Source of the DNA: Paraspadella gotoi
Lineage: Eukaryota > Animalia > Chaetognatha
Length of the DNA: 49,083 nucleotides
Assembly (NCBI GenBank): GCA_051294375.1
Contig: CM119265.1
Span: 25,512,350-25,561,432 of the forward strand
Direction of reading: 5' to 3'
In this document: piece by piece, positions 34,150 through 47,179 of the stretch
Layout of the letters: every line of letters starts with the position of its first letter
Position numbering within the stretch: the first letter of the stretch is position 1
The notes under the pieces: model-generated
The model's database searches: none
Told to the model about the DNA's origin: nothing
What the model saw: only the letters and a program-made list of their open reading frames with translations
Program-made: the position numbers and the translations under genes

Positions 34150-34350
34150 ATCATCGCAATCAACCCATTTGGTTATCAATCACATCGATCATTTGGTTAT
34201 CATCGCATCAAATTAAATGGGGTTTTTTTTTTATTCAAATCACATCAATTATTGGGTTATGCATCGCATCAATATTTGTTATCATCGATCAACATTTGGT
34301 TATCAATCGGCATCAATCTTTGGTTATCATCGATCAATATTGGTTATTAT
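34150..34350 (+). repeat. Degenerate ~22-bp minisatellite (also at 42644-42844)
   Basis: Recurrent atttggttatcatcg(c)atcaa units, about 8 copies. Confidence 0.8.
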
Positions 34351-34797
34351 GAAGGGAGCTCGATCCATTCTTTTAAGATTTTTTTGTCCGAACTCTTAAA
34401 TATTTTACAATATTTAATACTTCTGAGAGTTAACTGAACGATTGAAATAAGAGAAATGGAAACTTAGTGATTCCATCCCGGGACCAACCAAAAGTGAGTC
34501 TTATTGCATATTGTGCTTTAATAATCTATTTCTTAAAAAAATATTTGTATAAAAGATTTAATAGCGAACAAAAATTATGATGCTAAAATACAATCCGAAA
34601 AGTTTTATGTTGAATGATATAAATAATTCATATTTTATTAAGGATTGATGTCATTATTATTCAACTAAAAAGTAACAGATTTAGAATATTTCTAGAGTAT
34701 ATTGTAATTGAAAAATTGGTGATACAAATCGGGGAGTGGTGGGATGTTGGATGATCCATAACCACTTGCCAAAGGAACGAAACAGGAAGAGAGAATT

Positions 34798-35074
34798 AGC
34801 GGAACACGGAGGACAGGAGCAGGGCCGTTTAACTGGAGGAACTTTTTCAAAATATATACATTGTGTTAAACGAGAAGGCGGACGGAGGAAGGACAGGGCG
34901 TTAACCTGAAGGCCCTTTCAAAATATAACATTGTGTAACGAGCTACGGGACGGAGGAAGGAGCAGGGCGTTAACCTGGAGCCCTTTTTCAAATATAACTT
35001 GTGTAAGCGAGATAGGCGGACGGAGGAAGGAGCAGCGGCGTTAACCTGGGGCCCTTTTTCAAATATAAATTGTG
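34798..35074 (+). repeat. Minisatellite, ~69-bp unit x4
   Basis: The consensus is gcggacggaggaaggagcagggcgttaacctggagccctttttcaaatataacattgtgtaacgaga. It is followed by a (GCG)n-like tract. Confidence 0.9.
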
Positions 35075-35665
35075 CGGCGGCGGCGCGCGGGGCGCGGCGG
35101 CGCAAAGCGGCCGGCGGTGGCGGGGCGGGCTTAAGGTTCTCTATCCTACTTGTAGTCCTTTCGTCGTCGTCGTCGTCGTCGTCGCAGTGGTTGTTCTTGA
35201 TAAGAGAAACTTGTCTTCTACTTAAATGATTTTTTCATACTTCAACTTTAATCTATTCCAAGTGTAGTTCATCTAATTGTTGTATTGTTAAATTTCTACT
35301 GTTTAACTTTGTTTTTTTTCGTCACTCTCACCGGTGGTCCGATGAACTTTTGGCTCGTGTTAAAAATCTCTCTCTTCTCTCTCTGTCTCTCTCTCGATCT
35401 CTCTACTCTCTCTCTCTTCTCTCATCTCTCTCTCTTTCTCCTCTCTCTCCTCTCTCTCTTCTCTTGCTGTAACTGTCTCCTTCTCCATCTGTCTCAATCA
35501 AGTCAGCGCTTCACTGAACACTCGGATTCTTTCCAACCCGAATCTCCTTCGATCTCGAGTTAACATACGGAAAAGAAGTTGGAAGCAAACATCCCGGAGT
35601 GGAAGGATGCGTCATCGGCATATCGAAGTAGAGAGAGGATGGGAGAGCGAGAGATGGGTGAAAGA

Positions 35666-35712
<47 letters not shown>

Positions 35713-35764
35713 ATAAAGAAGAAGAAAGAAAGAAAAAAGAAAGAAGAAAGAAGAAAGAAAGAAT

Positions 35765-35795
<31 letters not shown>

Positions 35796-36180
35796 AACAC
35801 GAAAGAAAAGACTGACACGGAAAAGTGTACTATTAATGGTCATTCCTACTTTTCTTTGACTCAAAGCTCAAAGCTCAAATTTTGAGCTTCTTCGTTTCAT
35901 TTTTCTCTCAATCTTCCTCGGCGATCGCCGTAAATATCGGTCTTCTGTTCGCACCCAACTTTTTTAAACTTCATTTATTTCATCGTCATGAGAGCAAAAC
36001 GCGTCCGTCATGACTCGTCTCGTCGTTGTTGTTGGTTTGTCGTCGTCGGCGTAAATCGTCGTCGTCATTTTTATCTTGATGAAGGTCGTCGTTTTCCTTT
36101 TGTTTCGAATCGCGATTTTTTTTCAAATTCGTTTCTCTATTATTTCGCCACCCAAAACATCATCACTCACCTTCTCTTTC

Positions 36181-36211
<31 letters not shown>

Positions 36212-36765
36212 CTCTCTCCTTTCTCTCTCTCTCTCTCTCTCCCATCCCTTTCACCCTTTTTTCCGTCCTCCAAATCACAACTGATCACAAAAAACTCTTT
36301 CCCCATTAATATCCCTTTTTTAGCCATTCCTTATCCTTTCTCCCCTCACTCTATCCTTCACTCTTATCCTTCTTCGCCCAATTCACTATCCTCTCTTTTT
36401 CTTTCTTCATCCCAGCTAATCTTCGTCTTTCTTTCTTATTTTTCCTCCTCGTCGATTTATCTTACTCTTCTATCATATAATCTTTCTCTGATGTACATTC
36501 ACCTATTTCTTTTCTTCTATCTTAGTCCGTTTATCTCTCCTCTCTTCTTCATCTTTTTCCACCTCCTCTTTTCTCTCTCCTCTCTTCCCTTCCCTCTTCT
36601 CCTTTCTCATCCCCCTCCGCCTCTAACGAGCCAACAATCTCGCGCAAAGCCACTTTTTTCTAGAAAATGATATTTCGGCATCTGTGAAGCTCATTGTGTT
36701 CGCTTTTTTTGTGTCTTTCGCTCCGTTTTCATCTCTTCTCCTCTCTCTCTCTCTCTATCCTCTCG

Positions 36766-36800
<35 letters not shown>

Positions 36801-38654
36801 TCTGCTCCTCTCTTTTCTCTCCCTCATCCCTTGGGTTTCCCTCTCAGCTTGCCGATATCTGCCCCGAAACTGTTTCTCGTGTTTTCACCAGAATTATTTT
36901 TGAAAAAAAAAACTGGTCTTTTAATAAAAATACGGGTATATTTTTTGAAAAAAAAGATGCTCTTTTTTCTGGTTCCCCTTCGCGTTTGTCCGTCAAAAGT
37001 TTACTCTTTCTTCTAATGGCGCAAAGTCGAGATTTCGAGCGGATCGAGTCTATTTTGTTTACAGTTGGTTTTTCTCTGTTTTACGAAATCAAGCACTATC
37101 CTGCAATATCTGGATTTATCCCTGGATGTTGTTTCTGGTTTCTGTTCTCCCGCCCCAATATTTAACATTCCTTAAAGTCCCCTCATCTCTCATAACTCTG
37201 CTGCCCCTAAAGCCCCGTACTCAGTTTTCCCCCCTCCCCCTTTCCCCCTCCCCCCAGCTCACCTCCTCTTCTTCAACCTCCGCCTCAATCTTATCCTTCC
37301 GTCTTAAAAATCTCGCCCTGCCCCACCTTACATATTCCTCTTCGCATCAGATCGCTACTACTTGGACAAACCTCAATTTCACCTTAAGCATCCCGAAGGA
37401 GGGACGCGGGATGTCCAAACTCGAATTATTAGCCCCTGATTTTTTGACCATGATTGGTTCAAAAAAAAAAACCTTCTTCCGAAGTTTTCGTTTCCAAAGT
37501 TTTTTTTTCCGATCTTATCTGGAGGAAAAAGAGAGAGAGAGAGGAGATGAAGAAGAAGAGAGAGAGAGGGAGAGGAGAGAACGATGAGAAGAGAGCGAGA
37601 GAGAGAGAGAGAGAGAAGAGTGAGAGAGTGGAGGTGAATCGAATAATCACCACTGTTTACTGTTGAAACCTTCACGATTTCGACCCGACAAAATGTAACA
37701 AACAGGTGTCGGTTTTCCGGCATATTCCGTGATGTTTGCCCAACATCGAGTTGGGGGACGTTTGTTGTCCAATGTTTCGTTATCTTTCGGGGGGAGGACG
37801 CGAGAAACGTTTTTTTGGGCCATCGGCTCTCTTTTTTTTTTTTTTTTTTTGCCGATCGCAGGCTCTCATGCCTCTCTTGATGATGGGCAAATCCAATCGA
37901 AGAGAGTGCCTATTTTTCCCTTTCGCGTTTTATTTCGCTGAGGGGTGACTCGAATGCTGCGAGATTGGCGCTTCGAATGTTTTTTTTGGACCTTTTTTTG
38001 GATTAGAAAAATATTGCATGTTATGTTTAGACCTAGGCGATACCTAATATTAATTCAAACCGTCTGGCTCGATGTTTTTAATTAAAAAAATTAATATAAA
38101 AATCCCGTGACCGCAGTCCAGACGCTTCCCCGTCACTTTCGCTATTTTTTTTTTTTTTTTTTTATTTTTTTTTTTTTTTTTTTTTTGTTTTTTCAATTTA
38201 TCATGAATAGAAATCATTCTCATCATCTCTTTCTTTCCTCTATTCCCTCTTTCCTTTATTTTTAAAATACGAAAAACTATCTTATAATCAATGCTTTTCT
38301 TTCTTATCTCCTTCCCGTACAGTCTAACCATAAGATATAAATAAAACATAAAATTTTATTACATTTGAAGGTTACAAAAACATCATTATTTCGAGCTAAT
38401 TTTTTTTTTTTGAATTATTTTTCGGAATTTGCCCGCTCAACATCGTTTATAATGGTTTTTTTTTTCCCAATCTTTTTCACGTCATCTATCGGAATAATTT
38501 TACCACCCACACCAAACCCCCAACACAACTTTTTTCTTCCTCGCTTCACAGAATCGCTTGGTTCCCGTCCGTCCGTCGTCCCTGAGTTTGAGACGGCAAT
38601 GTTGGCCATTTGGTTGAAGTGAATGGAAGCCCTCGTGTTCTCTTAAAAAAAAAG

Positions 38655-38685
<31 letters not shown>

Positions 38686-39949
38686 TGGAGACGAGAGAGA
38701 GAGAGAGAGAGATGAGAGAGAGAGACGAGAGAGTTCCGAAATTTTAATTTTTTTTCAATTGAATTTTTTAAAAAAGTTGTTCTTGTCAGGGGCAAGGGGG
38801 CTTTTCGAGCGAGGGCAACGTCGCTATGGTGTTCCCATCGTACTACGTGGAGAAAGAGGGTTTTGGAAGAATGTGACTACAGGGGGTTTAAAATGTCAAT
38901 ACGTGAGACAACTACGACGACTAAATTCGACACATGGTTCGTTTTTGAGTAACGAGTAGCTTTGGTTTTGAAGGTGGCAGAACAAGACCTCAGTGAAAAG
39001 TTGTGCTTTTAAACCTCTTGTGATAAATTGTCTCCGACACCGAAACATTAAGCGGTGATCGATCGCTGCCAAAAGTTCGTGGACGAAGGCGCGTGTTGGT
39101 GGAAGATCCTTTCTTTTCCCTTGTATTTCTCACGTTAACGACGGCATTGAAGTCAACTCCTCTAAGCACATCTCACGGTTTTTCCCCTTAATAGGTTAGC
39201 GTCGCGTTGGGGTCGTGAATATTTCAAAAGGGGGAAATACGTCAGCGTGTGAAATCTCTCGGTGTTACATCACCGTGAATAAGTCACCCGAGTGAAGCAG
39301 TGAAATACTCTCTCTCTCACTCTCTTTCTCTCTCTCTCATCTCCTGACGTCAAAAATAATCGGTCACACGCATTCGTGGGTTTTTTTGAATGAAGGGTCT
39401 CACATAGGTTGGCCAAGGTTTAATGAAGAGCAATTACTAATATTTTTTGTCTTTTTGGTTTACGCATTTGTAACCTTCATCAATTTTTGTGATCAAAGTT
39501 TATACGCAGTGATTCGCTTTTTTTCAAAAAATTGCTGTTTCAAATAAAGCCTAAATTAATCAATATATCAGAATGTTTAATAAAAAAAAAAGTTTTCTCT
39601 GATTAACCCCTCAAAATGAACTGCAAGTCTCTCTTACTCACGTATTTACTCTTGCCCATTGGGCGATTTCAATTTCATTGTTGCATAAAAGTCCCCACCC
39701 CGAATAAGCTCATAATGCGCACGCCCCAACGCCTCTCTTCTCTCTCCTCTCTCCATCCTCCCTCTGCTCTCTCTCTTCCTCTCTCGTCTCATCTGCTCTC
39801 ACTCTCTTCTCCTCCCCACCTCCATCTCATTCCTCACATCTCCTTCTCGCCAGCGCCATCGAGCATCCCTCGATCTTCTCTCTTCCTCTCCAAACTCACA
39901 CGCGCATCGTCGGCGAAATTTCTTTTTATTGTGAAACTTTATCGTTCCA

Positions 39950-40310
39950 AGTGACGTAGTTCGTTCCGAGGGGCACCAATCGGAGTCAAAGACGTAAGAT
40001 CAACCAATGAATAGGAATGTCGGTCGTATTTTCGGCGAAATGAGAACGATAACTTTCGATCCTTTCGACGGTCGCGTCGCGAAAATCGTGAGAAGGCGAA
40101 TCTCTCGACTAATCAGTAGACCGCGATTCAGAGTCAAAAGGCCAATGGCAGGAAGTGGGGCCGAATCGGCCGGATACGTGAAGTTATGACATTCAAACCG
40201 AAATTTTCGCGATGGCGACATTTTCGTAAAAATGTTTTGGGGTCGCCGTGCGGGAAAGAACGGACGCTGCCTTACCCCCCCCCGCCCCTGTACCCCCCCC
40301 GCCCCAAAAC
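39950..40310. promoter_or_regulatory. Promoter-like motif cluster (duplicate at 48444-48804)
   Basis: It contains CRE-like TGACGTA at 39952, CCAAT at 39976, 40004 and 40142, ETS-like CAGGAAGTG at 40149 and GC boxes CCCGCCCC at ~40281 and ~40298, in a CpG-rich context. No associated exon was identified. Confidence 0.4.
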
Positions 40311-40371
40311 TCCCTCTCCCGCCCTCGTACTCCTCGCCTTTTTCCCNNNNNNNNNNNNNNNNNNNNNNNNN

Positions 40372-43300
40372 AGAGAGAGAGAGAGAGATGACTCCCATGA
40401 ACTTTGGTACTAAAAAGTCGCAAACCCGCGAAGCGAATTTCATCAATCAAACTTGAGAAACGAAAGAGGAACTTTCTTTTTCTTTCTTTCTTTTTCTATT
40501 TTTCTTTCGTTCTTTCTCTTTTTCTTTTTCTATCTTTGTTTATTTTTTCTTCCTTTTTTTTCTTTCTTTCTTTTATTTCTCGTTTTCTTTCCTCAATATT
40601 TTTTTTCGTTCCTAATTTTTCTTTTCTTATTTCAATTTGCGCCAAAAGTTTGAAAATGCAAAGATGTTTTTAAGTCGGCGGCGGCGGCGGCGGCGGCGGC
40701 GCACGCTGATACATCCTCCAGGAAAAAATAAAAATTTCAAAAGGCAGCGAAAAAGGTCATGTACGAACTTCGATTTCAATAGTTTTAAATGACACAAGGT
40801 GAACTTGGTCTTGCGGATTTGACCAAAAAGATCGAAAAATTCGTAACTTTTCTTTCTTATCTTTCGACTCTCTTTACTTCTCTACCAAAAATAAAAAACT
40901 TTTTTCTTTATTCTACTCGTCATTCTTCTAATTCATGTCAATTGAGATAAATGATTACGGCGTTAAAAGCTAGACGTCTCAAACTTAATCATATCCAAAA
41001 TCCAAATTCGTATCTTTTTTTTTCCTACATAGTAATATATTTTTTACTTATATATTCCACATATTTTTTCTTTAAAAAAATATACAAAAACAATTTACTA
41101 TAGGTCACATCGTTTACCCAGGCTTTTACATCAACATCTGACGAATTCTATGGTTTCATTAGGCTCAAGAAAGGTTTCCTTGACACCTCAGTTACATGGC
41201 GATAATATCGATTCAATAAAATTAAGAGAGAAAATTGATTTTGCCAAGAGGTATAAATTATGAAATGGATTCAAAATATATTAAGAAATTAACTACTTCC
41301 CTGAAATTGAATTTTCTTTGTAGTTTACTTCGTCTTTACCTCGGTTTATCATATTTAAAAAATTGACATAGTTTTATAGTTAGTAAATAAGTTTTGGCTA
41401 TACGGTTGTAGCGGATTTAGCCGGTTTTGAAGTTTAAGAAAGAAAATACCTCACCAGTGATAAGTCAATTCATCGAAAATAACAAAGAAAGACACAAGGT
41501 TTCAATATTTTTCTTTGACGACTTTCTCATATTCGTTTACCCAGGTTTATCCTAACTTAGTATCATGTCAGGTTTTACATGTTCCACATCTAGGTTTCCC
41601 AGCAATTCGATGTTAATGCGGCTTTTTAGCGATTTTGAGTTTTTAAAGGAGAAACAAGCTTTGCCAATGAACTACTCCAACATCAAAACTAACAAAGAAG
41701 AAACGAGGTTTTCATTTTTTCCAACTTTTTACTTGAATGAGTTTGTTTTCATGCAGGTTCTTATAAAAGGGAAAGAAATTTAGGTCTTTAAACAGCTTGC
41801 CCGAATTACATTGATTAGGGTTGAGCGAATTTTTTGCGTTTACTGTCTTAATGAGTAACAGCCAACATAAAACCCATAGCATAATCCGAAAATTAAACAA
41901 TATAAACAGGCGATCTCTGGCTGCCTGCACCCGACTCATTATTTCATGTCACGTTAAGGTCATGGTCACGTCATGTCATGTCACGAGTACACGCGATAAA
42001 GGTAGTCACTGCGGCAACACATTTGATTAAGTTCTTAGATTTTATAAGTTTGCGATATTTGTCGGCTTAATCCGCATCGTTTCGTCATTGTCCTTTTTTT
42101 TCCCTCTTTTTCTCATCCTCTCTTCAATGTTTCTGCTTTGTCGTTTCTCTTGTTGTTCTCTTCTCCACATTGTTTCCAATGTCATCGTTTTAATAGTCTC
42201 GTCGTCATCGTGTCTGTTTCTATATCATCCACTCATGCACAACGTTTGTCTAGGATTGTTTCTCTCTTCTTTCTCTCCTCATCTGTCCTGTCTTCCTCTC
42301 TCTTTCTCTTTCGTCTCTGCTCTGTCTCTCTCTCCTAAATCTTCTCTTTTCTTTCCTTCTCTCTGTACGATCTTCTTTGCGTGATCGTTTTTTGAAAATT
42401 TGATTATTTTTTTCCGTTTATAAACTGTTATTAACAGCATTTATATTCACGTTTACTCATGGAAAATCCCAATTTACATCCGAGGATTTTCTGGATTTTC
42501 TCTTTCTTTCTCTCTCTCTTTTCCTTCTTTCTCTCTCTCTCTTTTTTCTCTCTCTTTCCTCTCGTTCTTTCTCTCTCTCTTTCACTCATACACGTATTGA
42601 TTTGTTTTTTTATGATGAATGATTATCATCCTCAATGATGACTATCATCGCAATCAACCCATTTGGTTATCAATCACATCGATCATTTGGTTATCATCGC
42701 ATCAAATTAAATGGGGTTTTTTTTTTATTCAAATCACATCAATTATTGGGTTATGCATCGCATCAATATTTGTTATCATCGATCAACATTTGGTTATCAA
42801 TCGGCATCAATCTTTGGTTATCATCGATCAATATTGGTTATTATGAAGGGAGCTCGATCCATTCTTTTAAGATTTTTTTGTCCGAACTCTTAAATATTTT
42901 ACAATATTTAATACTTCTGAGAGTTAACTGAACGATTGAAATAAGAGAAATGGAAACTTAGTGATTCCATCCCGGGACCAACCAAAAGTGAGTCTTATTG
43001 CATATTGTGCTTTAATAATCTATTTCTTAAAAAAATATTTGTATAAAAGATTTAATAGCGAACAAAAATTATGATGCTAAAATACAATCCGAAAAGTTTT
43101 ATGTTGAATGATATAAATAATTCATATTTTATTAAGGATTGATGTCATTATTATTCAACTAAAAAGTAACAGATTTAGAATATTTCTAGAGTATATTGTA
43201 ATTGAAAAATTGGTGATACAAATCGGGGAGTGGTGGGATGTTGGATGATCCATAACCACTTGCCAAAGGAACGAAACAGGAAGAGAGAATTAGCGGAACA

Positions 43301-44159
43301 CGGAGGACAGGAGCAGGGCCGTTTAACTGGAGGAACTTTTTCAAAATATATACATTGTGTTAAACGAGAAGGCGGACGGAGGAAGGACAGGGCGTTAACC
43401 TGAAGGCCCTTTCAAAATATAACATTGTGTAACGAGCTACGGGACGGAGGAAGGAGCAGGGCGTTAACCTGGAGCCCTTTTTCAAATATAACTTGTGTAA
43501 GCGAGATAGGCGGACGGAGGAAGGAGCAGCGGCGTTAACCTGGGGCCCTTTTTCAAATATAAATTGTGCGGCGGCGGCGCGCGGGGCGCGGCGGCGCAAA
43601 GCGGCCGGCGGTGGCGGGGCGGGCTTAAGGTTCTCTATCCTACTTGTAGTCCTTTCGTCGTCGTCGTCGTCGTCGTCGCAGTGGTTGTTCTTGATAAGAG
43701 AAACTTGTCTTCTACTTAAATGATTTTTTCATACTTCAACTTTAATCTATTCCAAGTGTAGTTCATCTAATTGTTGTATTGTTAAATTTCTACTGTTTAA
43801 CTTTGTTTTTTTTCGTCACTCTCACCGGTGGTCCGATGAACTTTTGGCTCGTGTTAAAAATCTCTCTCTTCTCTCTCTGTCTCTCTCTCGATCTCTCTAC
43901 TCTCTCTCTCTTCTCTCATCTCTCTCTCTTTCTCCTCTCTCTCCTCTCTCTCTTCTCTTGCTGTAACTGTCTCCTTCTCCATCTGTCTCAATCAAGTCAG
44001 CGCTTCACTGAACACTCGGATTCTTTCCAACCCGAATCTCCTTCGATCTCGAGTTAACATACGGAAAAGAAGTTGGAAGCAAACATCCCGGAGTGGAAGG
44101 ATGCGTCATCGGCATATCGAAGTAGAGAGAGGATGGGAGAGCGAGAGATGGGTGAAAGA

Positions 44160-44206
<47 letters not shown>

Positions 44207-44258
44207 ATAAAGAAGAAGAAAGAAAGAAAAAAGAAAGAAGAAAGAAGAAAGAAAGAAT

Positions 44259-44289
<31 letters not shown>

Positions 44290-44674
44290 AACACGAAAGA
44301 AAAGACTGACACGGAAAAGTGTACTATTAATGGTCATTCCTACTTTTCTTTGACTCAAAGCTCAAAGCTCAAATTTTGAGCTTCTTCGTTTCATTTTTCT
44401 CTCAATCTTCCTCGGCGATCGCCGTAAATATCGGTCTTCTGTTCGCACCCAACTTTTTTAAACTTCATTTATTTCATCGTCATGAGAGCAAAACGCGTCC
44501 GTCATGACTCGTCTCGTCGTTGTTGTTGGTTTGTCGTCGTCGGCGTAAATCGTCGTCGTCATTTTTATCTTGATGAAGGTCGTCGTTTTCCTTTTGTTTC
44601 GAATCGCGATTTTTTTTCAAATTCGTTTCTCTATTATTTCGCCACCCAAAACATCATCACTCACCTTCTCTTTC

Positions 44675-44705
<31 letters not shown>

Positions 44706-45259
44706 CTCTCTCCTTTCTCTCTCTCTCTCTCTCTCCCATCCCTTTCACCCTTTTTTCCGTCCTCCAAATCACAACTGATCACAAAAAACTCTTTCCCCAT
44801 TAATATCCCTTTTTTAGCCATTCCTTATCCTTTCTCCCCTCACTCTATCCTTCACTCTTATCCTTCTTCGCCCAATTCACTATCCTCTCTTTTTCTTTCT
44901 TCATCCCAGCTAATCTTCGTCTTTCTTTCTTATTTTTCCTCCTCGTCGATTTATCTTACTCTTCTATCATATAATCTTTCTCTGATGTACATTCACCTAT
45001 TTCTTTTCTTCTATCTTAGTCCGTTTATCTCTCCTCTCTTCTTCATCTTTTTCCACCTCCTCTTTTCTCTCTCCTCTCTTCCCTTCCCTCTTCTCCTTTC
45101 TCATCCCCCTCCGCCTCTAACGAGCCAACAATCTCGCGCAAAGCCACTTTTTTCTAGAAAATGATATTTCGGCATCTGTGAAGCTCATTGTGTTCGCTTT
45201 TTTTGTGTCTTTCGCTCCGTTTTCATCTCTTCTCCTCTCTCTCTCTCTCTATCCTCTCG

Positions 45260-45294
<35 letters not shown>

Positions 45295-47148
45295 TCTGCT
45301 CCTCTCTTTTCTCTCCCTCATCCCTTGGGTTTCCCTCTCAGCTTGCCGATATCTGCCCCGAAACTGTTTCTCGTGTTTTCACCAGAATTATTTTTGAAAA
45401 AAAAAACTGGTCTTTTAATAAAAATACGGGTATATTTTTTGAAAAAAAAGATGCTCTTTTTTCTGGTTCCCCTTCGCGTTTGTCCGTCAAAAGTTTACTC
45501 TTTCTTCTAATGGCGCAAAGTCGAGATTTCGAGCGGATCGAGTCTATTTTGTTTACAGTTGGTTTTTCTCTGTTTTACGAAATCAAGCACTATCCTGCAA
45601 TATCTGGATTTATCCCTGGATGTTGTTTCTGGTTTCTGTTCTCCCGCCCCAATATTTAACATTCCTTAAAGTCCCCTCATCTCTCATAACTCTGCTGCCC
45701 CTAAAGCCCCGTACTCAGTTTTCCCCCCTCCCCCTTTCCCCCTCCCCCCAGCTCACCTCCTCTTCTTCAACCTCCGCCTCAATCTTATCCTTCCGTCTTA
45801 AAAATCTCGCCCTGCCCCACCTTACATATTCCTCTTCGCATCAGATCGCTACTACTTGGACAAACCTCAATTTCACCTTAAGCATCCCGAAGGAGGGACG
45901 CGGGATGTCCAAACTCGAATTATTAGCCCCTGATTTTTTGACCATGATTGGTTCAAAAAAAAAAACCTTCTTCCGAAGTTTTCGTTTCCAAAGTTTTTTT
46001 TTCCGATCTTATCTGGAGGAAAAAGAGAGAGAGAGAGGAGATGAAGAAGAAGAGAGAGAGAGGGAGAGGAGAGAACGATGAGAAGAGAGCGAGAGAGAGA
46101 GAGAGAGAGAAGAGTGAGAGAGTGGAGGTGAATCGAATAATCACCACTGTTTACTGTTGAAACCTTCACGATTTCGACCCGACAAAATGTAACAAACAGG
46201 TGTCGGTTTTCCGGCATATTCCGTGATGTTTGCCCAACATCGAGTTGGGGGACGTTTGTTGTCCAATGTTTCGTTATCTTTCGGGGGGAGGACGCGAGAA
46301 ACGTTTTTTTGGGCCATCGGCTCTCTTTTTTTTTTTTTTTTTTTGCCGATCGCAGGCTCTCATGCCTCTCTTGATGATGGGCAAATCCAATCGAAGAGAG
46401 TGCCTATTTTTCCCTTTCGCGTTTTATTTCGCTGAGGGGTGACTCGAATGCTGCGAGATTGGCGCTTCGAATGTTTTTTTTGGACCTTTTTTTGGATTAG
46501 AAAAATATTGCATGTTATGTTTAGACCTAGGCGATACCTAATATTAATTCAAACCGTCTGGCTCGATGTTTTTAATTAAAAAAATTAATATAAAAATCCC
46601 GTGACCGCAGTCCAGACGCTTCCCCGTCACTTTCGCTATTTTTTTTTTTTTTTTTTTATTTTTTTTTTTTTTTTTTTTTTGTTTTTTCAATTTATCATGA
46701 ATAGAAATCATTCTCATCATCTCTTTCTTTCCTCTATTCCCTCTTTCCTTTATTTTTAAAATACGAAAAACTATCTTATAATCAATGCTTTTCTTTCTTA
46801 TCTCCTTCCCGTACAGTCTAACCATAAGATATAAATAAAACATAAAATTTTATTACATTTGAAGGTTACAAAAACATCATTATTTCGAGCTAATTTTTTT
46901 TTTTTGAATTATTTTTCGGAATTTGCCCGCTCAACATCGTTTATAATGGTTTTTTTTTTCCCAATCTTTTTCACGTCATCTATCGGAATAATTTTACCAC
47001 CCACACCAAACCCCCAACACAACTTTTTTCTTCCTCGCTTCACAGAATCGCTTGGTTCCCGTCCGTCCGTCGTCCCTGAGTTTGAGACGGCAATGTTGGC
47101 CATTTGGTTGAAGTGAATGGAAGCCCTCGTGTTCTCTTAAAAAAAAAG

Positions 47149-47179
<31 letters not shown>

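Larger units (their letters stand above)
31880..40346 (+). repeat. 8.5-kb tandem duplication, copy 1
   Basis: ORF-track entries from 33071 to 40007 recur with identical translations at +8494 (e.g. 33071/41565, 39616/48110). Homopolymer and microsatellite lengths look the same in both copies. Confidence 0.97.
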
